NCBI GenBank assembly: GCA_004356015.1
Contig: SMYD01000016.1
Coordinates: 6,612-70,611, forward strand
Origin: Acidobacteriota bacterium
GTDB taxonomy: Bacteria; Acidobacteriota; Polarisedimenticolia; SMYD01
Reading direction: 5' to 3'
DNA: 64,000 nucleotides
The notes under the pieces: generated by a model
The model's database searches: none
The model's input: only the letters and a program-made list of their open reading frames with translations
What the model was told of the DNA's origin: nothing
Made by a program: the position numbers and the translations under genes
Shown: positions 33,721 to 41,744 of the stretch, one piece after another
How the letters are laid out: the number at the start of each line of letters is the position of its first letter
Position numbering within the stretch: the stretch's first letter is position 1

Positions 33721-35643
33721 ATGTCTCAACTCCCACCACTGGAAGATCCGCGCACCTTCGACCCCGAGTTGATCGCGCCGGTCATGCCCCACAAGAGGCG
33801 GCGGCGTCGATACAAGATCGCCTGGGTCCTCACTGCGGTTCTCCTCATCGTGGGAATCCTGCCCATCTACACCGTCTCCTCGCGTCTCATTTTCATCAAC
33901 AAGGACACGCTCAAGACCCAGCAGCAGGTGAACCAGATGCAGCTGGCATCTTCCCTGGCCCATCATATCGACAGCTTCATCGAAGGCCAGCGCCGTACCC
34001 TGGCTGTCCTGGCGGAAGTGCTTTCCGGTGAGATGGCCGGACTCTCCGGCGAGAGCTTCCTGTCCAACTTGAGCCGGCGGCGCACGCTGTCGCGATTCGT
34101 TGACCGGGATGTCTTTCTCATGCGCTACACCCATCGTAACGGCACCTCGGTCACGGCCATGCAGGAGGGATTCGAGGCGGTTCCGGAACTCGAGACGATG
34201 CTGGATGACGATTTCGCGACCCATCTCAACACGGACATGGGGGCCGGAACCCGGCTGGGCGTCCCGTTCTACAGCGAGGCGGCGGGAGGCGGCGCCGTGA
34301 TCCTGTCGGCCCCGGTGACACGCAAGGGCCGTCGGGTCGGGGTGGTTTCGGCCCTGGTGGGCCTGGCGGGACTCTGGCGTGAGGCCCAGCGCTCGTCCGG
34401 CTATTCCCTGTTCGCCCTGGATGGAAAAGGCACCCTCTTCAGCGAACTGATCGACATGGAGCGTTTTACCGGTCGGCCCTACAAGGAGCTGGAACTCGTC
34501 CGTGAGTTCATTGCCGTGGGTGGCAGCCGGGTCATGCCCTACCCGGCGGTCAACGCTGCCGGTGAAGAGGTCGCTCTGGTTGGGGCCTACTACGAGACCC
34601 GCCTCGGCTGGGGCATTTTCATGCAGGCCGAAGAGAACCACGCCTACTACATGGTGGACCGCATGAAGCGGGATACCTGGTTCCATGCCGGCATGGTGGC
34701 CATCGGCGCCCTGGCCATGGGGCTGGCCTTTGCCGGCTGGATCAGCCGGCCCATTCGCCGTCTGGCCGATTCATCGGTGGCCTTCGCGGAGGGCGATTTC
34801 CATGCCCGGGTTCCCATCAACTCGGGCAACGAGATTGGCGAACTGGCCGACACCTTCAACGCCATGGCCGAGACTCTGGAACGGTATATCGCCCGGCTCA
34901 AGCGGGCTGCCCAGGAGAACAGTCAGTTGTTCCTGGGCTCCATCCGGGCCCTGACTGCGGCCATAGATGAGAAGGATTCCTACACCCGGGGCCATTCCGA
35001 GAGAGTGCGGGCTTACGCGGCGACGCTGGCCCGGGATATGGGTTTGCCGCCCGATGAGGTCTGGAGGACGGAAGTCGGGGCCCTCCTCCATGATGTGGGC
35101 AAGATCGGCATTCAGGACTGCATCCTCAACAAGCCCGGGCCGCTGACCGAGGAAGAATACGAGATCATGAAGACTCACCCGGTGCGCGGGGCCAATATCA
35201 TGGCACCCATCGAGCAACTCAGTGATGTCATCCCGATCATGAAACATCATCATGAGCGCTGGGACGGGCGCGGGTATCCCGATGGCCTGAAGGCCCTGGA
35301 CATCCCCCTGTCGGCCCGCCTGGTGACCATCGTCGACTGCTGGGACGCCATGACCACCAACCGGCCCTATCAGAAGGCCATGGGCATGGAAGCGGGTATC
35401 ACACGGCTCGAGGTGCTGGTGGGGAAGATGTTCGACCCCGATGCCGTGAAGGTGTTCATTGCGGGCATGCGGGATGGGCATTACAGTGCGGTGTACGACG
35501 AGGCGAAGCAGCAGGTGGCCGACACCACGGAGAACCTCAGCCGCATCGAGCAGGATCCCCGGGCCGTTGTTTCCGCCCGCCGCAATCTCGACCCGGACTG
35601 CCTGACCCCCGAGCCGGACGAACCGCCGGTCACCCAGGCCTGA
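33721..35643 (+). CDS. Membrane sensor protein: N-terminal TM, periplasmic sensing region, second TM, HAMP domain and HD-GYP c-di-GMP phosphodiesterase domain
   Basis: 640 aa; TM helices around residues 30-50 and 300-320; HAMP (...PIRRLADSSVAFAEGDFHARV...); HD-GYP (HDVGKIG...HHERWDGRGYPDGL). Confidence 0.85.
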   Translation: MSQLPPLEDPRTFDPELIAPVMPHKRRRRRYKIAWVLTAVLLIVGILPIYTVSSRLIFINKDTLKTQQQVNQMQLASSLAHHIDSFIEGQRRTLAVLAEVLSGEMAGLSGESFLSNLSRRRTLSRFVDRDVFLMRYTHRNGTSVTAMQEGFEAVPELETMLDDDFATHLNTDMGAGTRLGVPFYSEAAGGGAVILSAPVTRKGRRVGVVSALVGLAGLWREAQRSSGYSLFALDGKGTLFSELIDMERFTGRPYKELELVREFIAVGGSRVMPYPAVNAAGEEVALVGAYYETRLGWGIFMQAEENHAYYMVDRMKRDTWFHAGMVAIGALAMGLAFAGWISRPIRRLADSSVAFAEGDFHARVPINSGNEIGELADTFNAMAETLERYIARLKRAAQENSQLFLGSIRALTAAIDEKDSYTRGHSERVRAYAATLARDMGLPPDEVWRTEVGALLHDVGKIGIQDCILNKPGPLTEEEYEIMKTHPVRGANIMAPIEQLSDVIPIMKHHHERWDGRGYPDGLKALDIPLSARLVTIVDCWDAMTTNRPYQKAMGMEAGITRLEVLVGKMFDPDAVKVFIAGMRDGHYSAVYDEAKQQVADTTENLSRIEQDPRAVVSARRNLDPDCLTPEPDEPPVTQA

Positions 35644-35818
35644 TTGGTCCCCCATCCGGGGAGATCGCGCCGGATGGGGCGGGCGGCGATTGCTCCGACA
35701 GGGGTTCCCTCCGGCCCCATTCTCCTATATCCTTGCCGCCGTTCCCGCGAGAAGATCGTCAGGAGGGCTGGAAGCAGCCATCTGCTCAGATCCTGCGGGA
35801 CTTCCGAGAAGGAGGTTC

Positions 35819-36703
35819 ATGAAGTTTTCCCAGCAATCAGAATCCCTGCGAGAGGCCTTGCAGCCGTATCCGCGCTGGCGCCTCTTCGGGGAAGGGACGG
35901 CTACAGCGACGTTCGAGTTCGCCGAGCCGGAGTATGCGGCCGGTTTTGTGACCCGGGCCATCGAGCAGGCCAGGGCGTACCAGCGCATTCCTCACCTGTC
36001 TCTGGCGGGCGTGACTGTGAAGCTGACCCTGGCAGTGGCTCTGGGCCGGGAAGGGCTGGCCGAGAGTGATCGGAGCCTTCTGGGTGCCCTGGAGCGTGCC
36101 GCCGATCATCCGGGCCGGCCGGCTCCCACCGAAGAGCCCATTCTCTCGCTCATTGCCGATCGCTGGTCTCCCCGCGCTTTCAGCGAGGAGGCGGTGCCCG
36201 AGCCGATCCTTCGGCGCCTGTTCGAGGCAGCCCGCTGGGCGCCTTCGTCCTTCAATGAGCAGCCATGGAGGTTCGTGGTGGTGACCGACCCGGAACGCCG
36301 TGACGTGGTGGCCGAGGCGCTGGTGGCGGCCAACAGCTGGGCCCGCCGTGCACCGGTCCTGGTCGTGGTGTCGGTCGCACGGAAATTTGCCAAGAACCGG
36401 CGTATCAACCGGCAGGCCCCTTACGATACGGGTGGTGCGACCGCTCAACTGGTCATGCAGGCAACGGCCCTGGGGCTGGTGGCCCATCAGATGGCCGGCT
36501 TCGACCCGGCGGTGGTGCATGAGAAGGTCCATATCCCCGATGCGTTCGAACCCATTTCCCTGGTGGCCCTGGGGTACTGGGGTGAAGGCGCCGGCCTGGA
36601 CGAGGACCTGCTGGCGCGGGAGGATGCCGAGCGCGAACGGCGACCTCTCTCCGAGGTGCTGTTCTGGCAGGATTGGGGAGGCGAGGAGAAAGCCTCTTCC
36701 TGA
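35819..36703 (+). CDS. Fusion protein: pterin-4a-carbinolamine dehydratase (PCD/DCoH)-like N-terminal domain plus C-terminal nitroreductase-family domain
   Basis: ATG 35819 with GAAGGAGG RBS. N-terminal ...WRLFGEGTATATFEFAEPEYAAGFVTRAIEQA...IPHLSLAGVTVKLTL...GL.E.D..L aligns to the PCD fold pattern. C-terminal ...RWSPRAFSEEAVPEPILRRLFEAARWAPSSFNEQPWRFVVV... is nitroreductase-like. The upstream in-frame extension (35690) lacks an RBS. Confidence 0.6.
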   Translation: MKFSQQSESLREALQPYPRWRLFGEGTATATFEFAEPEYAAGFVTRAIEQARAYQRIPHLSLAGVTVKLTLAVALGREGLAESDRSLLGALERAADHPGRPAPTEEPILSLIADRWSPRAFSEEAVPEPILRRLFEAARWAPSSFNEQPWRFVVVTDPERRDVVAEALVAANSWARRAPVLVVVSVARKFAKNRRINRQAPYDTGGATAQLVMQATALGLVAHQMAGFDPAVVHEKVHIPDAFEPISLVALGYWGEGAGLDEDLLAREDAERERRPLSEVLFWQDWGGEEKASS

Positions 36704-36733
36704 AACGCCCGGCCGTTCAGCCGGCCCGCTGCA

Positions 36734-38146
36734 TCAGACGAAGACCCACCAGGTCAGCAGTGCGAAGATGGGGAACAGGATCGCCGCCGCCATGCCGAAA
36801 TAGGCGAAAAACGAAGGCATCTTCACCCCGCGATGCTCGGCGATGGACTTCACCATGAAGTTGGGTGCGTTGCCTATGTAGGTGACGGCGCCGAAGAAGA
36901 CGGCGCCCAGGCTGATGGCCTTGAGGACCGCATCGGCCATCCCGACCCCCAGTGTGCCTGTCTGGCCCAGCGCCTGGGCAAGGGAAAAGAACGTCAGGTA
37001 GGTGGGCGTATTATCCAGGAAGGCCGAGAGCAGGCCCGTCGCCCAGAAGAACTGCCATGGCTGGACGATCCCCAGGCCGGCACCCTGTGCCCGCAGCAGA
37101 TCCAGGGCGGGGATCATGGTCAGGAAGATGCCGAAGAAGAGGACACCTACCTCGATGATGGGATGCCAGGTGTAGTGGTTGCCACGGCGTACGGCCTGCG
37201 GCGTCAGCCACAGGGAGATGGCGGCCAGGATGAGCAGCACAACCTCCCGATCATGGAAGGGCCAGGCCGCCGGCACCAGGTAGGGCCTGGTGATGAACGC
37301 CACGGACAGGATGACGCCGACGATGAGGGGCCAGTTCAGGTTGCCGAGAATGCGCAGTGGTTCCACCAGCAGGCGGTCTCGGTGCAGGGCCGCCTCGGGC
37401 TCCCGGCTCAGGGCGTAGTTGTCCCAGACGAAGTAGATCAGCAGCACCATGCCGTTGACCGCGAGCCACTCGGGGAGGAGGGTCAGGGTCCAGGTGAAGG
37501 GCACTCCCCGCAGGTATCCCATGAAGAGGGGAGGGTCACCCAGCGGCGTCAGGAGGCCGCCGATATTGGAGACGCAGAAGATGAAAAAGAGAATGGTGTG
37601 GACCGTATGGGTCCTTTCCGAGTTGGTCTTGAGGAGTGGCCGGATCAGGAGCATGGAAGCGCCCGTGGTTCCCATGATGGAAGCCAGAACGGTTCCCAGG
37701 GCCAGAAAACCCACGTTGGTCAGGGGAGTGGCACGAAGGTCGCCCCGCAGGAGAATCCCGCCGGAAATCACAAACAACGCCAGGAGCAACAACATGAATG
37801 CGATGTACTCCTCCAGCGTGTGCATGAGGGAACCCGGACTCTTCAACAGATAGAGGACCAGGACAGGCACGCCCAGAGCCGCGGCAATCCAGAATTTATT
37901 CAGGTTGCTGTGCCACCACTTCTCCGCCCTGATGGGGAGGATGGCGATGGACAGCAGCATCAGGATGAAGAATGAGAGCCATGCCGGATTAAGGCTCTCG
38001 CCCAGGCCGCTATGGGAACCCTCTCCCGCACCTCCGGCCAGGCTGGCGGCGGGAAGCAGGAGCGCGATGATCAAGAACAGCGCGAGGGCAACGGTACGTC
38101 CCGCGAACCTGCCGACGTGGGCGCCATGCAGCATGATGGCGGGCAT
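36734..38146 (-). CDS. Ion-transporter-superfamily membrane protein (NhaD/ArsB/CitMHS-like Na+/H+ antiporter type)
   Basis: 470 aa; N-terminal signal/TM, about 11-13 TM helices; re-entrant-loop-like ...LLTPLGDPPLFMGY... and ...LSAFLDNTPTYLTF... motifs. Confidence 0.55.
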   Translation of the reverse strand: MPAIMLHGAHVGRFAGRTVALALFLIIALLLPAASLAGGAGEGSHSGLGESLNPAWLSFFILMLLSIAILPIRAEKWWHSNLNKFWIAAALGVPVLVLYLLKSPGSLMHTLEEYIAFMLLLLALFVISGGILLRGDLRATPLTNVGFLALGTVLASIMGTTGASMLLIRPLLKTNSERTHTVHTILFFIFCVSNIGGLLTPLGDPPLFMGYLRGVPFTWTLTLLPEWLAVNGMVLLIYFVWDNYALSREPEAALHRDRLLVEPLRILGNLNWPLIVGVILSVAFITRPYLVPAAWPFHDREVVLLILAAISLWLTPQAVRRGNHYTWHPIIEVGVLFFGIFLTMIPALDLLRAQGAGLGIVQPWQFFWATGLLSAFLDNTPTYLTFFSLAQALGQTGTLGVGMADAVLKAISLGAVFFGAVTYIGNAPNFMVKSIAEHRGVKMPSFFAYFGMAAAILFPIFALLTWWVFV

Positions 38147-38191
38147 CTTACCCCGCCCACCGGTTCGGATCTAGTTGACGGGGTCGTGTTT

Positions 38192-38974
38192 CTAGAACAC
38201 CGGATCGCCCGGCAGCCGCACCATGGCCCGCATCCCCACGAAGGTCATGGGGTAGATCGCTCGGGCCTGTTCTTCGCTCATGGTCAGATGAATCCACGTG
38301 TGGACCGGTTCCATCTCGTCGGCGGCAGGCAGGTCGGGAGGAATGAGGAGGTTGGCCAGACGTTCAAGTTTCTCCTGAACCCAGCCGCCCTCTTTCAGAG
38401 CGGTCTGGTCGCCCACGATATGGACCGCGACGCCCTGGCGGTAGAGGAGCGTGTAGCGGGATGGGTAGGTCGTCTCCTTCAGGCCGGCGATCTCGGCGGT
38501 GACGGAACGGGGATTGATCTCGTCCATGGCGGCGGCCCCTTCAGGCCGGGGCTGGATGATCTCAGCCGCTTCCTGGTCGCCTGATTTGGCCACCAGGTCA
38601 AGCGCCCGGTCCATCCATGCCCGCTGGGGTGAAATGGCGTCTTCCGCTTCGGTCAGGACCTCCATTTCGGCGCCGGTCAGCGGGAGGGCCTGCACGGCGG
38701 TCACCCGCACGTAGACACGGATTTCCTTCTCCTCCAGGTCGAAGACCAGATACGGAGAATCTTGCTCGGCGAGATGGATCTGCAGTTCCTTGAGCTGGGC
38801 TTCCCGCTCCAGGAGGAATTTACGTTGCAGGAGCCTGGCGTACCGGGATCGCCGGTCCTGCTCATCCTCGGCATCTGTCTGACCTCGAGGCGCCACGGTC
38901 GCCAGGGTGGAGAGCAGCAGAAAGACACTCAGGCCGGTCAGCACCTGTCTTCGCCGTGAAGGAATGGCCCGCAT
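38192..38974 (-). CDS. Secreted hypothetical protein (signal peptide, no recognisable domain)
   Basis: 260 aa; N-terminal MRAIPSRRRQVLTGLSVFLLLSTLATVAP signal sequence. Overlaps the upstream L,D-transpeptidase stop by 1 nt, so it is co-operonic. Confidence 0.5.
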   Translation of the reverse strand: MRAIPSRRRQVLTGLSVFLLLSTLATVAPRGQTDAEDEQDRRSRYARLLQRKFLLEREAQLKELQIHLAEQDSPYLVFDLEEKEIRVYVRVTAVQALPLTGAEMEVLTEAEDAISPQRAWMDRALDLVAKSGDQEAAEIIQPRPEGAAAMDEINPRSVTAEIAGLKETTYPSRYTLLYRQGVAVHIVGDQTALKEGGWVQEKLERLANLLIPPDLPAADEMEPVHTWIHLTMSEEQARAIYPMTFVGMRAMVRLPGDPVF

Positions 38975-39693
38975 CAGAAGATATAGATGGGCGTGTACAG
39001 CTGGCTCTGGTCGTAAATCGCCTTGAGGTCGATGGGACCGAGACGCACGCAGCCATGGGTCACGCTCTTGCCCAGGAGGCGGGTATAAAGGGTGCCATGA
39101 ATGAGGAACCCGTCGCCGAAGGCCAGGGCATATTCGCCCAGCACTCCGTCCTGGAACCGCTCCAGGGCGTCACTTCGGTCGGGGACAGGCTCACCTTCTT
39201 CGATGAAGGCCCAGTCGGGCTTGCGCCAGGTGGGGACTTCGAGACGATTGGTGACATGGAACTCGCCCCGGGGCGTGCTGAAGATCCAGGAGCGGCCGCC
39301 TGCAGGATCGGCCAGGATCTTGCCGCTGCCGGTGGAGCAGATGGACTCCCGCAGGGTTTTCTCCCCCCGTCGCAGCCACAGCTTGTTGTGGGCTGCATCA
39401 ATGACGATATAGGTGCCCTTTGGGGCGCGCCGCATGAGTTGCCTGTCCAGGGAGAAGAGATGTTTCTCCAGGCGATTGACGTCTTTCTCCAGGTCCGCCA
39501 GGGCGGCATCCAGATCGGCCGTGGGAACCGCGGCGGCCGCCGCCGCGAGGGCCGAAACCTCAGGAACGAGGCGGGGCGGCAGGGTCCTGCTCTCGATACT
39601 GGTTCTCAGCCAGCCGGCCGCGAGAAAAGCGGCTGCCCCGCCCAGAGAGAGGAGCAATCCTGCCCTGATGATGCGAAAACCGACATTTTTCAC
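38974..39693 (-). CDS. L,D-transpeptidase (YkuD domain)
   Basis: 239 aa; signal peptide; catalytic motif ...FLIHGTLYTRLLGKSVTHGCVRL.... Confidence 0.8.
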   Translation of the reverse strand: MKNVGFRIIRAGLLLSLGGAAAFLAAGWLRTSIESRTLPPRLVPEVSALAAAAAAVPTADLDAALADLEKDVNRLEKHLFSLDRQLMRRAPKGTYIVIDAAHNKLWLRRGEKTLRESICSTGSGKILADPAGGRSWIFSTPRGEFHVTNRLEVPTWRKPDWAFIEEGEPVPDRSDALERFQDGVLGEYALAFGDGFLIHGTLYTRLLGKSVTHGCVRLGPIDLKAIYDQSQLYTPIYIF

Positions 39694-39731
39694 AGTTCAG
39701 ATCGTACCACGAGATGCCAATTGGGGCCACG

Positions 39732-40877
39732 CTAATGAGAGCTGCCGGCGCTGGTAGCATCCACTGCAAGGGTGTCCCCGGGGGCCATGGGGAGGGCTCC
39801 CACGATGGTCACCGGGGTCCCTTCCTTGACCCAGCCATCCAGGAAGTCCATCTCAGGATTGGTGAGTGCCATGCAGCCATTGGTCCAATCATCCCCGCGG
39901 CCCCCATAGCCGTGGATTTCGATGAGACCGCCGATCTGGATCCCCGGGGCGATACGGCCCTCCTCTCGCGCCTTCTTGAACCGGGCCCAGTCTTCATCGT
40001 TGGGATAGTTCAGGAGAAAGGCGCGATGATAGATGGTGTCCCCACCATCACGAACCTGGCTGATGCGGTAGCGGCCCTCCGGTGTGGCCTTGTCTCCCTC
40101 ATGCAACTTGTCCGGAATCGGGTTGAGGCCCAGGTCGATATCAAAGGTGGTCAACAGGCGGCCCGAGTCATAGAGCAGGAGGCGATGTCCGGCCTTGTCC
40201 ACAACCAGGGCCGTGCTGCTCTGGCGTCTGGACCAGGCCACGGTTTGGTCCACCCAGCGCCGCCACAGGGCGACGGTGGTCCGATCCTGCAACCTTGCCA
40301 GGGTGCGGGCAGCGTTCTCCTGTTCGCTCCGGCTGCCGGAGAGGACCTGGCCGGCTTTGTGAATAGCTGCCTGGTAGTCACCTCGCGTCAGGTTGCGCTG
40401 TGCTTCCTCCAAGGTTATCTCCTGCTGAATCAGAGCCTGGCGCGCGGCGGCCTGAAGGTGAACCCGGGCCCCCACAACCCTGGCGTTCAGGAGGGCTTCC
40501 TGCGCCTGGGTGATCCGGGTGAGGGCCTCCTGGCGCGCGGCGGCCTGCACCGTCGCCATGGCCTCCAGGGCCTCATCGGCGGCCGCGTCGGCGGTGGCGA
40601 GCAGGCGCCGGGCCCCGGTATATCCGCGCAGCAGAGGCGGTCGCCGCGACTGCCTGGCAACGGCGATGATGGCTTGCCGTTGCAGGTGGGAAACGCCGCT
40701 GACTCGCTCATCCAGAACGGCCCGAGGCGTTCCGGGAGGAGCTTCCTGGACCAGGCGGCGCAAAGGTGAGCGCAGTACCTCAGGCGTCGGAGGTTTGTCC
40801 CGGGGGATGAGAAGCACAGCGGACAGCACCAGGGCCACGCCCAGGATCAGGGAGGCGCGCCGGTGCCTGCGCACCAT
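39732..40877 (-). CDS. L,D-transpeptidase (YkuD domain) with long N-terminal Ala/Gln-rich coiled-coil region
   Basis: 381 aa; signal/TM anchor; catalytic motif ...IEIHGYGGRGDDWTNGCMAL.... Confidence 0.78.
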   Translation of the reverse strand: MVRRHRRASLILGVALVLSAVLLIPRDKPPTPEVLRSPLRRLVQEAPPGTPRAVLDERVSGVSHLQRQAIIAVARQSRRPPLLRGYTGARRLLATADAAADEALEAMATVQAAARQEALTRITQAQEALLNARVVGARVHLQAAARQALIQQEITLEEAQRNLTRGDYQAAIHKAGQVLSGSRSEQENAARTLARLQDRTTVALWRRWVDQTVAWSRRQSSTALVVDKAGHRLLLYDSGRLLTTFDIDLGLNPIPDKLHEGDKATPEGRYRISQVRDGGDTIYHRAFLLNYPNDEDWARFKKAREEGRIAPGIQIGGLIEIHGYGGRGDDWTNGCMALTNPEMDFLDGWVKEGTPVTIVGALPMAPGDTLAVDATSAGSSH

Positions 40878-40919
40878 GACAGGGAGTCGGTCGATGATGG
40901 ACGGAGACAGGTTGTGGCC

Positions 40920-41540
40920 TCAGCGATTCCGGCGTTTGGCCAGGATCCTGGCCTCTATCTCGACCGCCGCCTTGATCTCCTCGGCGATGGCGAGAGCGGA
41001 TTCGGCCATGGCGGCCGCCTTGTCCCGTGCGGCGAAATAGCCCTCATCCTCAATTTGTGATTCCAGGGCCGGAACCTCTGCGCGGACACCATCGAGATCG
41101 GCGGTCAAAGCCGAGATGTCCGCTCTGGTCCCCTTCCCCCGGGGGGCATCGGCCAGCGCCGTGGTCGCCTCCTCGATGGCCTGCCGGGCAAGCTCCAGGC
41201 CCGCTACCGCGGCCATCCTGGCTGCTTCCTTGTTCTCCACCGCCGTCTCTCGGGCCAGGTGTGCCTTTTCCATGCTGCCGGCCAGCTTTTTCTCAGCTTC
41301 TTCGTAATCCCGCATGATGGCGAAACGCTCATTTTGAGCCTGGATCTCCTGCTGGGCTTCCTCCAGGGCAAGACGGGCGTCGCGCAATTCCTCTGCGGCA
41401 TAGGTCGCGGCGTCTGCATCGCGGGCGGCCTGGAGATCCTGTTCGGCCTGCTGTGCCGTTTCTTCAGGTGGCTCAGCGCAGGCGGCGGTCAGGACAAGGA
41501 CCGCCGCCAGAGCGGCCAGGAGGGGAATTCTCTTGCGCAT
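40920..41540 (-). CDS. Lipoprotein with Ala/Glu-rich helical repeats
   Basis: ATG at 41538-41540 (minus strand) with AGGAGCAGAGGA RBS; MRKRIPLLAALAAVLVLTAAC has a lipobox (LTAAC), then a coiled-coil-like sequence. The track ORF (to 41765) over-extends. Confidence 0.6.
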   Translation of the reverse strand: MRKRIPLLAALAAVLVLTAACAEPPEETAQQAEQDLQAARDADAATYAAEELRDARLALEEAQQEIQAQNERFAIMRDYEEAEKKLAGSMEKAHLARETAVENKEAARMAAVAGLELARQAIEEATTALADAPRGKGTRADISALTADLDGVRAEVPALESQIEDEGYFAARDKAAAMAESALAIAEEIKAAVEIEARILAKRRNR

Positions 41541-41665
41541 GGCGTCCTCTGCTCCTTTTGCTGGGGCTGTTGACAGTCTGCAGCCTTCAGCGGGGGATGG
41601 TACCGGGGCCGCGTCGGCGGGGCAAGAACAGGCAGCGGGGCCTTCGCAGCAGGAAAAAATTGAGA

Positions 41666-41695
41666 TTGACAATGGTGCGCTGGCATCCCTATATT
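41666..41695 (+). promoter_or_regulatory. Candidate sigma70 promoter for mltD
   Basis: Perfect TTGACA 41666-41671, 18-nt spacer, TATATT 41690-41695, with an A-tract (AGGAAAAAATTGAGA) just upstream. About 50 nt before the mltD GTG. Confidence 0.4.
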
Positions 41696-41744
41696 CAAGA
41701 GATTGGTGGCACGGGCAACCGTGTGCGCGGGAGGAGGCCTGTCT

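Noticed and set aside
33706-34686. 326-aa minus-strand ORF
   Set aside because: Antisense to the well-supported HAMP-HD-GYP sensor gene, with a low-complexity translation.
36833-37975. 380-aa plus-strand ORF
   Set aside because: Antisense to the 13-TM transporter gene; Gly/Asp/Gln/Pro-rich with no domain.
39714-40769. 351-aa plus-strand ORF
   Set aside because: Antisense to the 381-aa L,D-transpeptidase, which has a clear YkuD catalytic motif.
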